64,000 nt of DNA from Marsupella aquatica. Taxonomy: Eukaryota > Plantae > Marchantiophyta. Where the stretch lies: assembly GCA_973895155.1 (NCBI GenBank), contig OZ316894.1:2124457-2188456 (forward strand), given 5' to 3'. The notes beneath the pieces were generated by a model. The model did not search any database and had not been told where the DNA came from. It worked only from the letters and a program-made list of their open reading frames with translations. The position numbers were made by a program, and so were the translations under genes. Positions 12,674 through 23,400 of this stretch are shown one piece after another; the first letter of the stretch is position 1; each line of letters starts with the position of its first letter.

Positions 12674-14216
12674 CTACCGTGCATCTGAGGAATCATCAGA
12701 GGCAATCAAAGGGCTGCGGGACATAGTGTCAGCATTTTGATGTGTCACACCAGGCCTATGAATTACCTCAAAATCATACTCCTGGAGTATGAGCGCCCAA
12801 CGAGCAAGCTTGCCAGTAAGCTTGTCGTTGGTCATCAACCACTTCAAGGGCTGGTGGTCGGTGTAGAGAACAAACCTGGTCCCATAGAGGTAGGGCCTGT
12901 AATGTATGACAGCCCACACAACAGCAAGGCATTCACCCTCATAAGAAGAATAATGACTCTCTGCCTGATTGTTGCTCCTGGATGCATAGGCAATGACGTA
13001 CTCTTTACCTTCCTCATCATGCTGGCCCAGAATGGCACCAATCCCAAGGGCACTCCAATCTGTATGTAGCACAAAGACCTTGTTGAAATCAGGTCTTCTC
13101 AGCACCGGGTATTCTGAGAGCTTCTCCTTCAAAGTGGCAAATGCTGCCTCAGCATCTGTACTCCATGTCCAAGTCACATTCTTTTTCAACAAAGCATACA
13201 ATGGGTGTGCAATGGTACTGAAATCTTTGATGTAGATCCGGTAGTAATTGCACAACCCAATAAAACTCCTCAAAGTGTGAACATCGGTAGGAGTACGTGG
13301 GCATTTCCAAGATGGATACCACCTTGGCCCAGTGAGCCATGGTTCCATTTGGAAGAATGCGATGCCCAAGATATACTACTGATCTGACAGCAAATTCACA
13401 CTTCTTGGGGTGTATCTTTAGGTTCACCTTCTTAAGCCTCATGAATAGCTCCTCAAGGTCAAGTAGATGCTGGTCAAATCCTTTGCTGTGGACCAACACA
13501 TCATCAATGTAGCATTTCAGAAACTCAGCACCTTGAAGAACCTGGTCCATGACTCTTTGAAAGAATATGGGCGCATTCTTCAAGCCAAATGGCATCACCA
13601 ACCACTCCCATAGTTGGTTACTGCCATGGAAAGCTGTTTTCTTGCGGTCCTTTGCAAGCAGCAAAATCTGGTTAAAGCCTTGCCTTAGATCCACAAGAGT
13701 GAAGATGTCTGAGTCTCCAATGCTGTCAAATAGCTCCTCTGACCGTGGCATGGGGTATCTGTCCTGGGGTGTGACCAGGTTCAATGGCCTGTAGTCCCCA
13801 CACATGCGCTTCTCTGTCCACAATCCACTGGAATCCTTCTTTGCTGGCATCACTGTAGCTGCCGCAAAATTTGATGTAGATGGTTGAATAAGACCAGCTT
13901 CATAGAGCTCTTGGCACCTCTCATCCACCAGCTGCCACTCATGCTTACTCAAACGGTGTCTCCGCCTGAAGATAGGTGTTTCATCAGCCAACTCAATGGA
14001 GAACTGCATAGTCTTGCACTTACCCAAGTCCTTCATAGAGAAAGCAAACACATTCTCATGCTTGAGGAGCAAATTCAGCAGCTGGTCCTTCTGTCTTTTA
14101 CTCAGGTGGTTGCCCATGATAAATGTGTAGTTGGCAACACTAGGAATAGGACCTGATGTACTCGTACTTGAAGAGCCATAAGTGCCAGCCTCTCCACTGT
14201 CCAAGCTGCTAGCATG
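12674..14216 (-). pseudogene. Gypsy-type reverse transcriptase + RNase H; disrupted
   Basis: RMCGDYRPLN, VDLRQGFNQI, MPFGLKNAP, YIDD; RNase H LHTDWS, YEGECLAVVWA, YTDHQPL, NADTMSR. Frameshift near 13295-13298 and TAG at 12674-12676. Confidence 0.95.
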
Positions 14217-14469
14217 CTACTGATAAGGTGATGAGGCCTCTCCAAGGCCTGCTGTACCTGCTGATCCGAAGTGGTCCACACCATGAAACTCAGAAATAAT
14301 GTCAGCCGCATTACAAGGGACCTCCTCCCCCCCAACACTTGGACTGAAGTGGTGAGTGTTGGACAGAGGTAAGTGCACCTGGTCTGGATGCCATGCAGCA
14401 GCACTATGGAGTGGTAAGGCTGGAGCTCCTAATGCTGGAGGAATGTACATCTGAAAAAGGATACAAGTG

Positions 14470-15413
14470 ACCAGAAGCCAAGTGAGAGCATTGAGATCCA
14501 TTACCCTGCCAAGTAAAGCATTCCTGGCCAGCCTGGTGATTTTGGTGTGACCTGTAGTACCGGGTTGGAAGCCCATAGCCCGTTCTCTCTCCTCAGGACT
14601 AGGTTCATCCCATGTACCGGTAGAATGTCGATAAACCAGACCAGGACCATCACCCTGAAAAGCATGTGCACCTAGAAAGGACACAAATGTAGGCCAAGTA
14701 GCACGGGGTTGTTCAATGGTATTGGCTGGATACCAAGGTGCTGGCTCTTGCCGTGTAACTGGTTGGCAAGAACTGTCAGGATCCAAAATCTGGTCCACTG
14801 TAAGGTTAGTGTCCCTGGATGTGTGGTGAAGAGCCATCTCCAGCAAGGAAGGTGGTGCAAGGTTAGTCCAAAAGTTACGAAGACGATGTGCATAAGAACC
14901 ACAGTGCACTGCATCAATGAGAAGGGGTGGTCCCAAGTAGTGCTGGACCACACTGAAATCCTCTTTGACCTGTGGACGCTGGTCAAACTGAGATGGAGTA
15001 TTCTCAATGATATAACCAACAGCAGGATAAAGGGATTGAGCCCAGGTGAGAATCTGAACCAATGCTGTGAAAAGGCCAGAACGAGAATCATGTAGTCCAG
15101 CACCGTGACCAGCAGCTAAAAACCCTTGGCATTCCCAACCAGCTATGATCAAATCAAGGGAGCCAAGAAGGGTTAAGTGCCGGTGCTGGACAAGCTGGAT
15201 ATCTGGAGGAAAGAAAGAAAATGCAGACTTCCATGCACTGTGTGGAAATTGCTGAGAAAATCGCTCTGAAAATTCCAGCAGACGGGATTCAGCCACTTGC
15301 CTTGCACCTGGATCAATATCCACATAGATGTACTGCTTCACCACCATGCCAGACTGTAGGAGAGCTTCCAGGCCTATAGAAATGCCACCAAAAAGCTCAA
15401 GCAATGTAAGGCC
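14470..15413 (-). CDS. C5 cytosine DNA methyltransferase domain (DNMT3-like) inside the polyprotein
   Basis: Motifs in canonical order: I LLELFGGISIG, II YVDID, III PDI, IV DLIIAGWECQG, V RSGLF, VI IIENT, VIII AHRLRNFWTNL, IX ERERAMGF, X RLARNALLGR. They lie in the uninterrupted ORF 14217-16541. Confidence 0.92.
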
Positions 15414-15749
15414 ATCTGAAGGAGGAGTCCATGTAACTGGTGCGCTCAAGATTGGGGCTATGGGTTGTCCATGATGCTGCCCAAGGTCCTCAAATTTGTG
15501 CAATGCAGCCACCAAAGGTCCTTGGGCTGCTTGGAGCCGTTGTACCACCTCTGGTTGATGATCCACGTTGCTGGAAAGTGCTGCTACACGTGCAGAAGCA
15601 TGTGCAGTAGCCACCTCATCCTCATCCTCCTCAATCCAATCCTGCAATGGGTGGTTGACATAGGTAGCTGTGTGCACTGCTTTCAACACACAGTGGTGAG
15701 CCATAGGGGTATGGGCACCATGCAAATCAAGTGGAATGTATCCCAAGTG

Positions 15750-16140
15750 TGAGCCATCCGTATGCCAATCAACTCTGTAGTATGCATGCTCATGCCAGTT
15801 GTCAATGGTAAAACCTGGTGGGAACAAAGCCTCCTGGCCAATGAGCACATCATACGTAGTGGCATTGGTAACCAAACATCTGACTGGGAAATGCAATTCC
15901 TGATCTGTACCTCCATTAAAAGTGAGAGTGAGTAAAGTAGAACTCTCACCCAGCACATCCTCCACAGTGCCACTAGCAGTCCGAATGTGCCACCTGGATG
16001 GCTGTAAATGATCAGTCAGCAGTCCCATCTTCTTGGCAAACTGAATGCCCAAGATTACTGGTTGAGCACCTGTGTCTAGCATGACCACCTGAGGAGTGTG
16101 ACCCTCCAACTTGACTGCTGAATTCCTATTGTCAACAATG
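15750..16140 (-). CDS. Retroviral-type aspartic protease domain
   Basis: VMLDTGAQPVILG (DTG at 16068-16076), flap IRTASG and YDVLIGQE. Confidence 0.85.
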
Positions 16141-16583
16141 GCAATGGTGGTGGAAACTAAAGTCCTGTCACTAGGCACCACTTTTGGCAAATGATGAGGT
16201 ACCTTGTGAAGGGAGTTAGTGTCCACGGTCTTCCCACTCAACAGCATAGCCAGGAAAGATGGAGCAGCATGACCAGAATCAAGTGTAGCTCTGGTCACAC
16301 AATCTGCAGCAATACTGTCATCTCTACCACTGGAAATCGGTACTGGGATAGCCAAACCAGTGGAAGCATGCAATGGAGAAGAAGAAGGTCCAGTATTAAC
16401 ATGAGATTGGACCTCCAAAACCGGTGTCACAGGGGCTGATGAAGAATGCAGTGAGCCCTCTAGCGCTCTGATGACAGCTCTAGCATCCAGCTGTAAATCA
16501 TGGCAACTGAAAAGTGGAGTGGTAAGAATCCTTTGTGCCATACTGGAGGTGAAATGCTCAAGCAGCTCAGGAAAAACAACTCC

Positions 16584-18527
16584 CTATGAAATGTCAGCAG
16601 CACCTGGTGGTGGAATGGATGTAGCTGCAGCTCCCTCCCCCCTCGCCAACAAGGTGCGCTCTTCAGCAAGTGTGAGTGGCTGAAAAGATTGGGGCATGAC
16701 AGCCCGAGCTCCCCTGGCTCTAGTCATAGGACCAGCAGCAAGACCATCAGCTTGTACAATGCGGCGTGTGGGAGCAATACGGGAGGCAGCACTGGCCTGC
16801 TGGTAAGCAAAATAGGAAGGGCAGAATGAATCTGAAAATTCTGCTGTAAGGCCAGGCTGTGTAGCAGAGGACAGCACACACTCACCCATATGAGCATCAA
16901 ATGGCAAGCCATAGAAAGAGCGGGGTAGGGGTGCTGAACTGTCAGTGGTGCCTGGGCCAGGGATGGGTTGCACGTGACCAGCCGGTTGAGAAGGACCAGC
17001 AGAGGCAGTGGACTTGCCTTTGATGTTGGCAAGTTGGGCACGTAATGACTCAACCTCATGAGTCAGAGACTGGAGTTGAGTTGCCTGTGCGTTGTGAGCC
17101 TCCTTCTGAGCTGGTTGCTTCTGTTGCTGCTTGGGCAATTTGTTAGCACTGGATGCTTTGCCACTGGAAGGAGGAGCAACGGATGCTGTAGGAGCCCTCC
17201 TAGCTGGTGGGGAAGTGGAAGCAGGAGCAGGATGAGTGGCCTACTGTCGTAGCTGCTTTCTCTCTAGGAATTTGGCAAAACAAACTGCCTCCAAGTGGCC
17301 CACTTTCCCGCAAAAATCACAAGACAGGTCCTCAACAACAATATCACATTCATTAGCCTTGTGATTGGGGTTACCACAGTAGTTGCAAGATGGCAGCATG
17401 AGAGCAGCATGGGCTGGCTTGGTCTTGGAACCATACTGTGGCACACGGGAAGGGGTGGCCAGTGTAGGGGCAGCAGCCTGGTACCTGGATCGCGGTGGAC
17501 GCGCAATACTGGCCTCATAATGTGCATGGGCCAACTCAAGTTTCTCAGTAGTGTCATAGACATTGAGCAGGGTGTAGCTGTCTCCAAACTCTGAGAATAC
17601 TTGCTGCAACACTTGCGAATGGAGAGCTGGTGTGCCCTCCAATGCGCGAAGATAGCGATGAGCAGCTTCCAGGTCAGTGATGCTCTGGGTGTCTTCCTTC
17701 AGCTTGAGAAGCCGGCGATACAGCATTTTCAATGTTTCATCGCGCTGCCTCACAAAGGTGGCCAACTGCATGATTTTATCAGCACTCTTGATTGGGAATT
17801 CCAATTCAAGAACCTGGAAAAACTCAGCCACTGGATCAGGAAAGGCAGGAGAATCAATGGTGGGATAAATGCCTGATGTAGCCTGTGCCAAGACAGTGGG
17901 AGTAACTGGTGCAGTGGTGGGAACTAGAGTAGGAGGGGAAGTGGCAGGAGCAGCAGCATGGGCTGCAATGGCATTCTGTAATGCCAGTTGTGAGGCAGCC
18001 GCAATTGCAGTGGCATATGCAGGGTTAGGCAATTGTGTGACAGCAAGCAGCCGTTGAGAGTGCTGCTCATACACATCCAAAGCCTCGTGGTGCACATACC
18101 TGGCTAGCTGCTTAAATGCAAAAGCATTTGTGAAATTGCTGCCATACTTCAACTCCAATTCGTAAACAACAGTGTAGAAAGTGGATTTGAACTCACGCAA
18201 AGAAACAGTGCCTGGCCGCCCGCTGAAGCGTTCAATGTGGCCAGATGAGTGACTGGCGTCCATGCTGTATGTCGGTGAAGCAGGAACAACCACGGATGCA
18301 GAAGGGGTAAATGGCAATGAAGTGATAGCAGGCTTGGGAGTAGTGGTGAAGCGACCGCCAAATGGAGCAGAAGGATTGCGTGGTGTGGGTGTTGCTGTTG
18401 TCTGTGGACGTCGTCGAAATTGCCGAGACTCCAATGAAATTGGCACCAATGGTCGTGGATCACTCCGTAAATGGTACCTGGGTGTCGGTGGCGATGTGCT
18501 GCTACCTCCTGGCTCGTCGGCTGACAT
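16584..18527 (-). pseudogene. Gag with two CCHC zinc knuckles and a low-complexity linker; in frame with pol but broken by TAG codons
   Basis: IERFSG, RQRDETL, CNYCGNPNHKANEC and CDFCGKVGHLEAVC. ORFs starting at 18527, 17138, 16541 and 14204 share one frame, separated by TAG at 17241, 16584 and 14217. Confidence 0.88.
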
Positions 18528-19189
18528 GCTGCATGCTCACCTGGGTGCCAATGGGAAAGAAACTGACAAGAAAAAGAAATGGCAGCCCCAAGGCTAGGAA
18601 ATAAAACCCACAAAGGAAACAAACAATGCGAGGCAGAAATGGGTAGAATGTGTAAGCACGGAGAAACCGTCACCGGAGAAAAAGGACCCTTAAAACCACC
18701 AAATTTTCCCTTGTCGCACTTACCTATGTGTATACATAAGCAAAGCAAAGAATAAGGGAAAACGGGCCCCTAGAACGTGAAAGGAGGGCCCCCTTTACGT
18801 GTATACCTCGGGCCCCTTGTGGACCCGGAAACTGGCAGCAAAGGTATGCAAAAGTAGGTGGGACGGTCGTCGCACGGCGAAGGAGCAAAAAGACCAAAAA
18901 CTAAAAGAAAAGGACCCCAATTAAGTGTATACACACGGGGGCGGGGCGTCGGCAGAAAAATGGTCATAGTGGGGACCGGCCGCGGTGCCCTATGCACATG
19001 CCCTCATGTGAGTCGAAAGACTCTGCAATCGTCGCGCAGCGGACGAGCAACCATGGGGAAAAAGAAACAGAAGAAAAACGGCTTTGGCAAGGGCGAAAGG
19101 AAAAGACGAGACCCAAGGCGAGGCGAGGAAAAAGAAAATGGGCCTTTAAGTGCTCGAGCCCTGCACAGGGCTTTGCGCACCCTCCCCCT

Positions 19190-19510
19190 CCTCTAATGCT
19201 GCCTAGGGCCTCGTGCCTGGCAGGACTGTGACTCCCGAGAGGAGGGAGTCGAATGTACTCCCCCTCTAATGCTGTATTGGGCTTCGTGCCCTCTCTTGGC
19301 AGTCTCGCTCCTCTCCTGCTCTAATTAATGCCTCATAGGCCTTCGTGCCTGGCAGAAGGACTCCTGTGGGAAGGAGTCGTATGTACTCCCCTTCTCCCTC
19401 CTGTTAATGCAACATGGGGCTGCGTGCCCTCTCTTGGCACTCGCTTCCCCCTCCCCTCTTTAATGTGTCATAGGGCCTCGTGCCCTCTCCTGGCACTCGC
19501 CCCCTTCCTC
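19190..19510. repeat. Degenerate tandem array (~5 units of 55-80 bp) in the retrotransposon 5' leader
   Basis: Recurring taatg...gggc(c/t)tcgtgcc(t/c)...ggca units, alternating between two variants. Confidence 0.75.
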
Positions 19511-20112
19511 TCCGTGGCTTGTGTTCGGCTCCCCCTCCTCTCCTCGCGCTTGTGCTCCTGTTCGGCTCCCCCTCGCGCTGAATTAAATGCTGGCCGAGAT
19601 GCTGGCAAAAGCAAGGGAGGAAGAAAAAAACACCGAAGGGAGGGCGCGCGGCCCTATGCGCGACCCAGGGGCAATGACGAGCCCCGCATGTGTATACACA
19701 GGCAGGACGGGGAGGCCGGTAGGAGAGAAAGAAAAACGTCCGGAGTGGGTAACATGGGCGTGCGGCCCTATGTGCGTGGTCGCCCCCTTGGCCGTGTGCA
19801 TACACAAAGGTGCGGCCTCTAGCTGCCAGGCGGCAAGAAAAGAAGGATCAAGAGAAGGGGCGAAAAGGCCCCCCTGAAAATGCAAAACCTCCTGGAAAGT
19901 GAGAAGCGCTCCCCTCGTCTCCTCCTGTGTGTACTCCGCTGGTCCGCAAATTTAAGTGTATACACATAAGTGATGTGTATACAAAGAAAAATCTAACTCT
20001 AACTCCATCACTAGATTTTTCTTCAAAGAAATTGCGCTGCTGTCGACGGAAAGTGTTGACCGTCGCGAGCAATTGAGAAACACAGCGTTTCTGATCTTCT
20101 TCCCTTCACTCG

Positions 20113-20128
20113 TCAGTTCTTCTTGAAT
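20113..20128 (-). other. Putative self-priming primer-binding site
   Basis: Perfect 16-bp inverted repeat of 20274-20289, located at the 3' edge of repeat X1. No TGG tRNA-type PBS is present. Confidence 0.75.
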
Positions 20129-20488
20129 AAAAGGCGTGATAGAAACAAACGTACTGAAATCGAATCGAAAACCGGCGAGATGCCAAGATCGGCCGGGAGC
20201 ATCTAACGAATCACTGTGTGAATTCCGTGTACGGAACCGACGAGCAGCCTCTGAAAAACTCTGTCTCACAGCGATTCAAGAAGAACTGAAGAACGGCAAA
20301 GAAAAACATGCCCTAAGTAGGACCGGGTCCAGGCGTCACACTAACAAACCCCTTTTGCTTCAAGAACAGCCCAGACTCGCTACAAGAACATGACACTAAC
20401 TCAAGTAGTACATTAGCCCTAACCATACCTAGCGGGCATGCGAGGGACATGCCGATGTGCACAAGCGGCACTGTCCCTCGGCATGACA
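20127..20488 (-). repeat. 5' terminal repeat X1 (362 bp)
   Basis: Direct repeat of 10555-10916 with 4 transitions. Confidence 0.95.
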
Positions 20489-23400
20489 GGGGCCATGTAA
20501 ATGGACCTGCGGATTAGGTGTGATAAAACTCAAGTGGCAGTCATTTTGTTTAACCCCCTTAAGACACTGGGGCTTAGATGTGTGCCAAACAATATCAAGG
20601 TCAGTTCAATCAATCCCAAGACCATGGGAGTTTGAAGACTCCCATTCTTGCCCTGAAGACTCGTCTTATCTTGTCATTGCCCTCCTGGGTATTGAGTGCT
20701 CAAAACCTCAATACAAGTAGGATGAAAGATGCTCAAAGAGTATCCACCTAGTAGCATTCAGGGAATTTCTTATTCTCTCACAAAATTGCAGAGCAGTGCC
20801 CTGCTGGTAAGGTGAAGGCTGCTCTCTATTATCCAATGGCCAAGATTTGTTCATCCTGTGGAAGCATTATAACTGGGTATTCCAATAGAATTTGGAGTTA
20901 GTCTCAATCATAATTCTTGGTAATAAGTACATAAGACGAGTACTCCCCACAACTTGCTTGTTTCCAACTACTTTAAAAAATGGGCTTTACTGGACTGCCA
21001 GTTTTTGTGGTCAAGTATCATGACTTGCCATCATTTTTAGATTATTACTACCATGCCACTCTTTTCATCGCTGCTTCAGTAACTCAACCCTTGTTAATTA
21101 GCAGAGATCCGATCGCCACATTGCATAATCTGTTGGACCCATCACCCTTGGAGCAGGGCATTGGGAGGTGGGCGATGGGAACCATCAAATTGTCAATGTG
21201 ATCATCTCAGGGCTACAAGATCTCTTGTGGTTAAGAAGGGTTTAGTGGCTAAATTGGGACAAAAAAGGGTACTATTCTAGTACTTATTCTAAAAAAGTGG
21301 CAATTTAGGAAAGCGCAGTCCAAGATTCTATTTTAATAAGGTGCAGTAGCAGTCATATCCAAAGGCTGCCCCAAGAAAAGTCCATTCCAAAAGTGTGGGA
21401 GCTTACTGTCCATTCATAGTGCAGATCACTTGCAAACTGAGCCGAGACTGATGACATTTCCCACCTTCCCACTTGAAGGCAAAAAGGGTTGTTAATACAT
21501 ACATTACAACGGTGGTTGGATTGGGTGCCAGGCTTTTGTTTTTCTCAACTGATTTGCGATGGGCCTTTTTCAAGGAGACCTCGAGTGAGACTCACCCAAT
21601 ATTGAAATCTGTCATCTTCTTAAAGAATTATTATTACACCTTGGTTGTTGGAGTGTCATGACAATAACAACAGGATGGTGGCATTGCTAGTTCAACTCCA
21701 TCTTTTGTGAGTTGGCTGGAGCGATGTCTTCATAGTTCAGATTCTATTGCCCAATATTCCAGTCCTTGGGTGTCATTGTAACTATGGAGGGGTCATATAT
21801 CAGGTAGCACGTTATTTATGAGCCTCAAATAAAATTATATGACACAAACCATATACTGTAGATGACACATGATATTCTTTAATTTAAAACCCTGTCATTT
21901 TCACTAAATTCTTTACAAGTCGTCTCAATATTGTTTAAAGAAACACAATACTTTTTGCAAGTCTTGTCCTGGTATATACAACAGAGTACTTTATGTCCTA
22001 ATTACAAGGAACGGTCCATGTCTCAATTTGAGAGAAAGGGGAGGAGTTAAATACTACCTTCTATACCCTTCCTCCCCGTCCCTTGCTGGTAAATGTACAC
22101 CAAAACGGGTTAACATATGGTGTACTGTGGGCATGTGCCCAGGTTGGACAGATTTTCTACACGACCATAAACCTACTCTAATGATGTTGTTGGGTCACTG
22201 AGTGCTCCTACCTGTCACTCTGCTTTCTAATCTGCAATTACAGGTTCCCATCTTTGCATGTTTACACTTGACAGCTTGCATTACACTTGCTTCAGCCCGA
22301 GGTAACTCTGCATGGGCTCGATTTGAGATAATTACTCTACGTAAAGTTGATTGAGAGATAATTAGTCTATGTCCACGTTACCGAATCTCCACTTGCAGTC
22401 CACTCACGTCAATAGAAACGAGATTTTCTCATTTTCAGTTGTGTCGCATCGCTTGCTTTGTTTCACCCGACAGTACTTTTGGACACAAGCTTAATTAGCT
22501 TCCCTACGTCCAAAGGGCTCAAAAGGATAAACAGTAGGCCGTGTTTAAGTGCACTGTTCATAAGTGCATTTTGTGTTTGAGCACTTATAATTGCAAATAT
22601 ACTTATCCATATTCACTGCCTAAAAAAGACCGAAACTCACTTTAAATGAATAAGTATAATCGCAATTACATATGGGACTGTCTCAATGCTTGTGTGTTGG
22701 ATATTATTGTCACTACTAAGTTGGTGTTTTGGCAGTTTGGAATATAGTAAGTGATGTTGAGTGGAAGTATAGTCGAGCATAAGTTACATGACTGAACAGT
22801 CAAATGCTGCAGGGGGATTGGTGAGTCAGCCTGGCAACTAGATTTGAAAAATTGTGCAAGATGTTGGGAGAGTGATTGGGATGGGCACCGACAAGGTGAA
22901 CAATGGCACCTTTAGGCCTATCTCATGGTTAAAGAAAATGTCACCATAATCAAACAGTAAGGAAGGTTTTGCTGGAGAGACATTTGTAAACACATCATGA
23001 TGAAGAAAGAGAAAAATCACATGCTATAATGTTTAGATAAGAAATTTCATAGACATGTTTAGAAAGTATGACTTGCACTAATCCATCAAATATGATTAGG
23101 TAGTAGCCAACCAGTGCATTAGAAGTGCAAACTCTTTGATGTGTGCATTTCTAACAAAACATTTGTACTGCAAAGTGTTCTGCACTTGAGGCTATAGGAT
23201 AATTTTACCTATAAATGCAAAATTGATCAAGCTTGCACTTATGACATAGTGTAAACCATGTATAAGTGCACAATATGTGTCTTTCAAATTTCATGCACTT
23301 ATGCATGGCTGTAATTGCATTTTGAGATTGCATGAAATTCTAGCTGAGGAGAGAGCAGCAAATCGGACCTTCTGTTTTTGGGCCCCAGTGCCCATGCCCA

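Larger units (their letters stand above)
10377..20488 (-). mobile_element. Ty3/Gypsy-type retrotransposon with split terminal repeats, carrying a C5 DNA methyltransferase and a PHD finger
   Basis: TG...CA termini and 4-bp TSD GGGG (10373-10376 and 20489-20492). Domain order is Gag-PR-MTase-RT-RH-IN-PHD. Repeats are X at 20127-20488 and 10555-10916, and Y at 10919-11096 and 10377-10554. Confidence 0.95.

Noticed and set aside
16560-16590. Programmed gag-pol readthrough at UAG-GGA-G
   Set aside because: The context superficially resembles gammaretroviral readthrough, but no pseudoknot is evident and several other TAG/TGA stops show general decay. Needs other copies to decide.
18770-20393. Many overlapping short ORFs in the retrotransposon leader and repeat X
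   Set aside because: These are GC-rich, low-complexity open frames. The ORF in X is stopped in the second copy and no domains are recognisable.
10377-20488. DIRS/PAT/Ngaro classification because of split repeats plus a methyltransferase
   Set aside because: No tyrosine recombinase ORF. A DDE integrase, protease and 4-bp TSD are present, and the MTase is C5-cytosine type rather than the adenine type of DIRS1.
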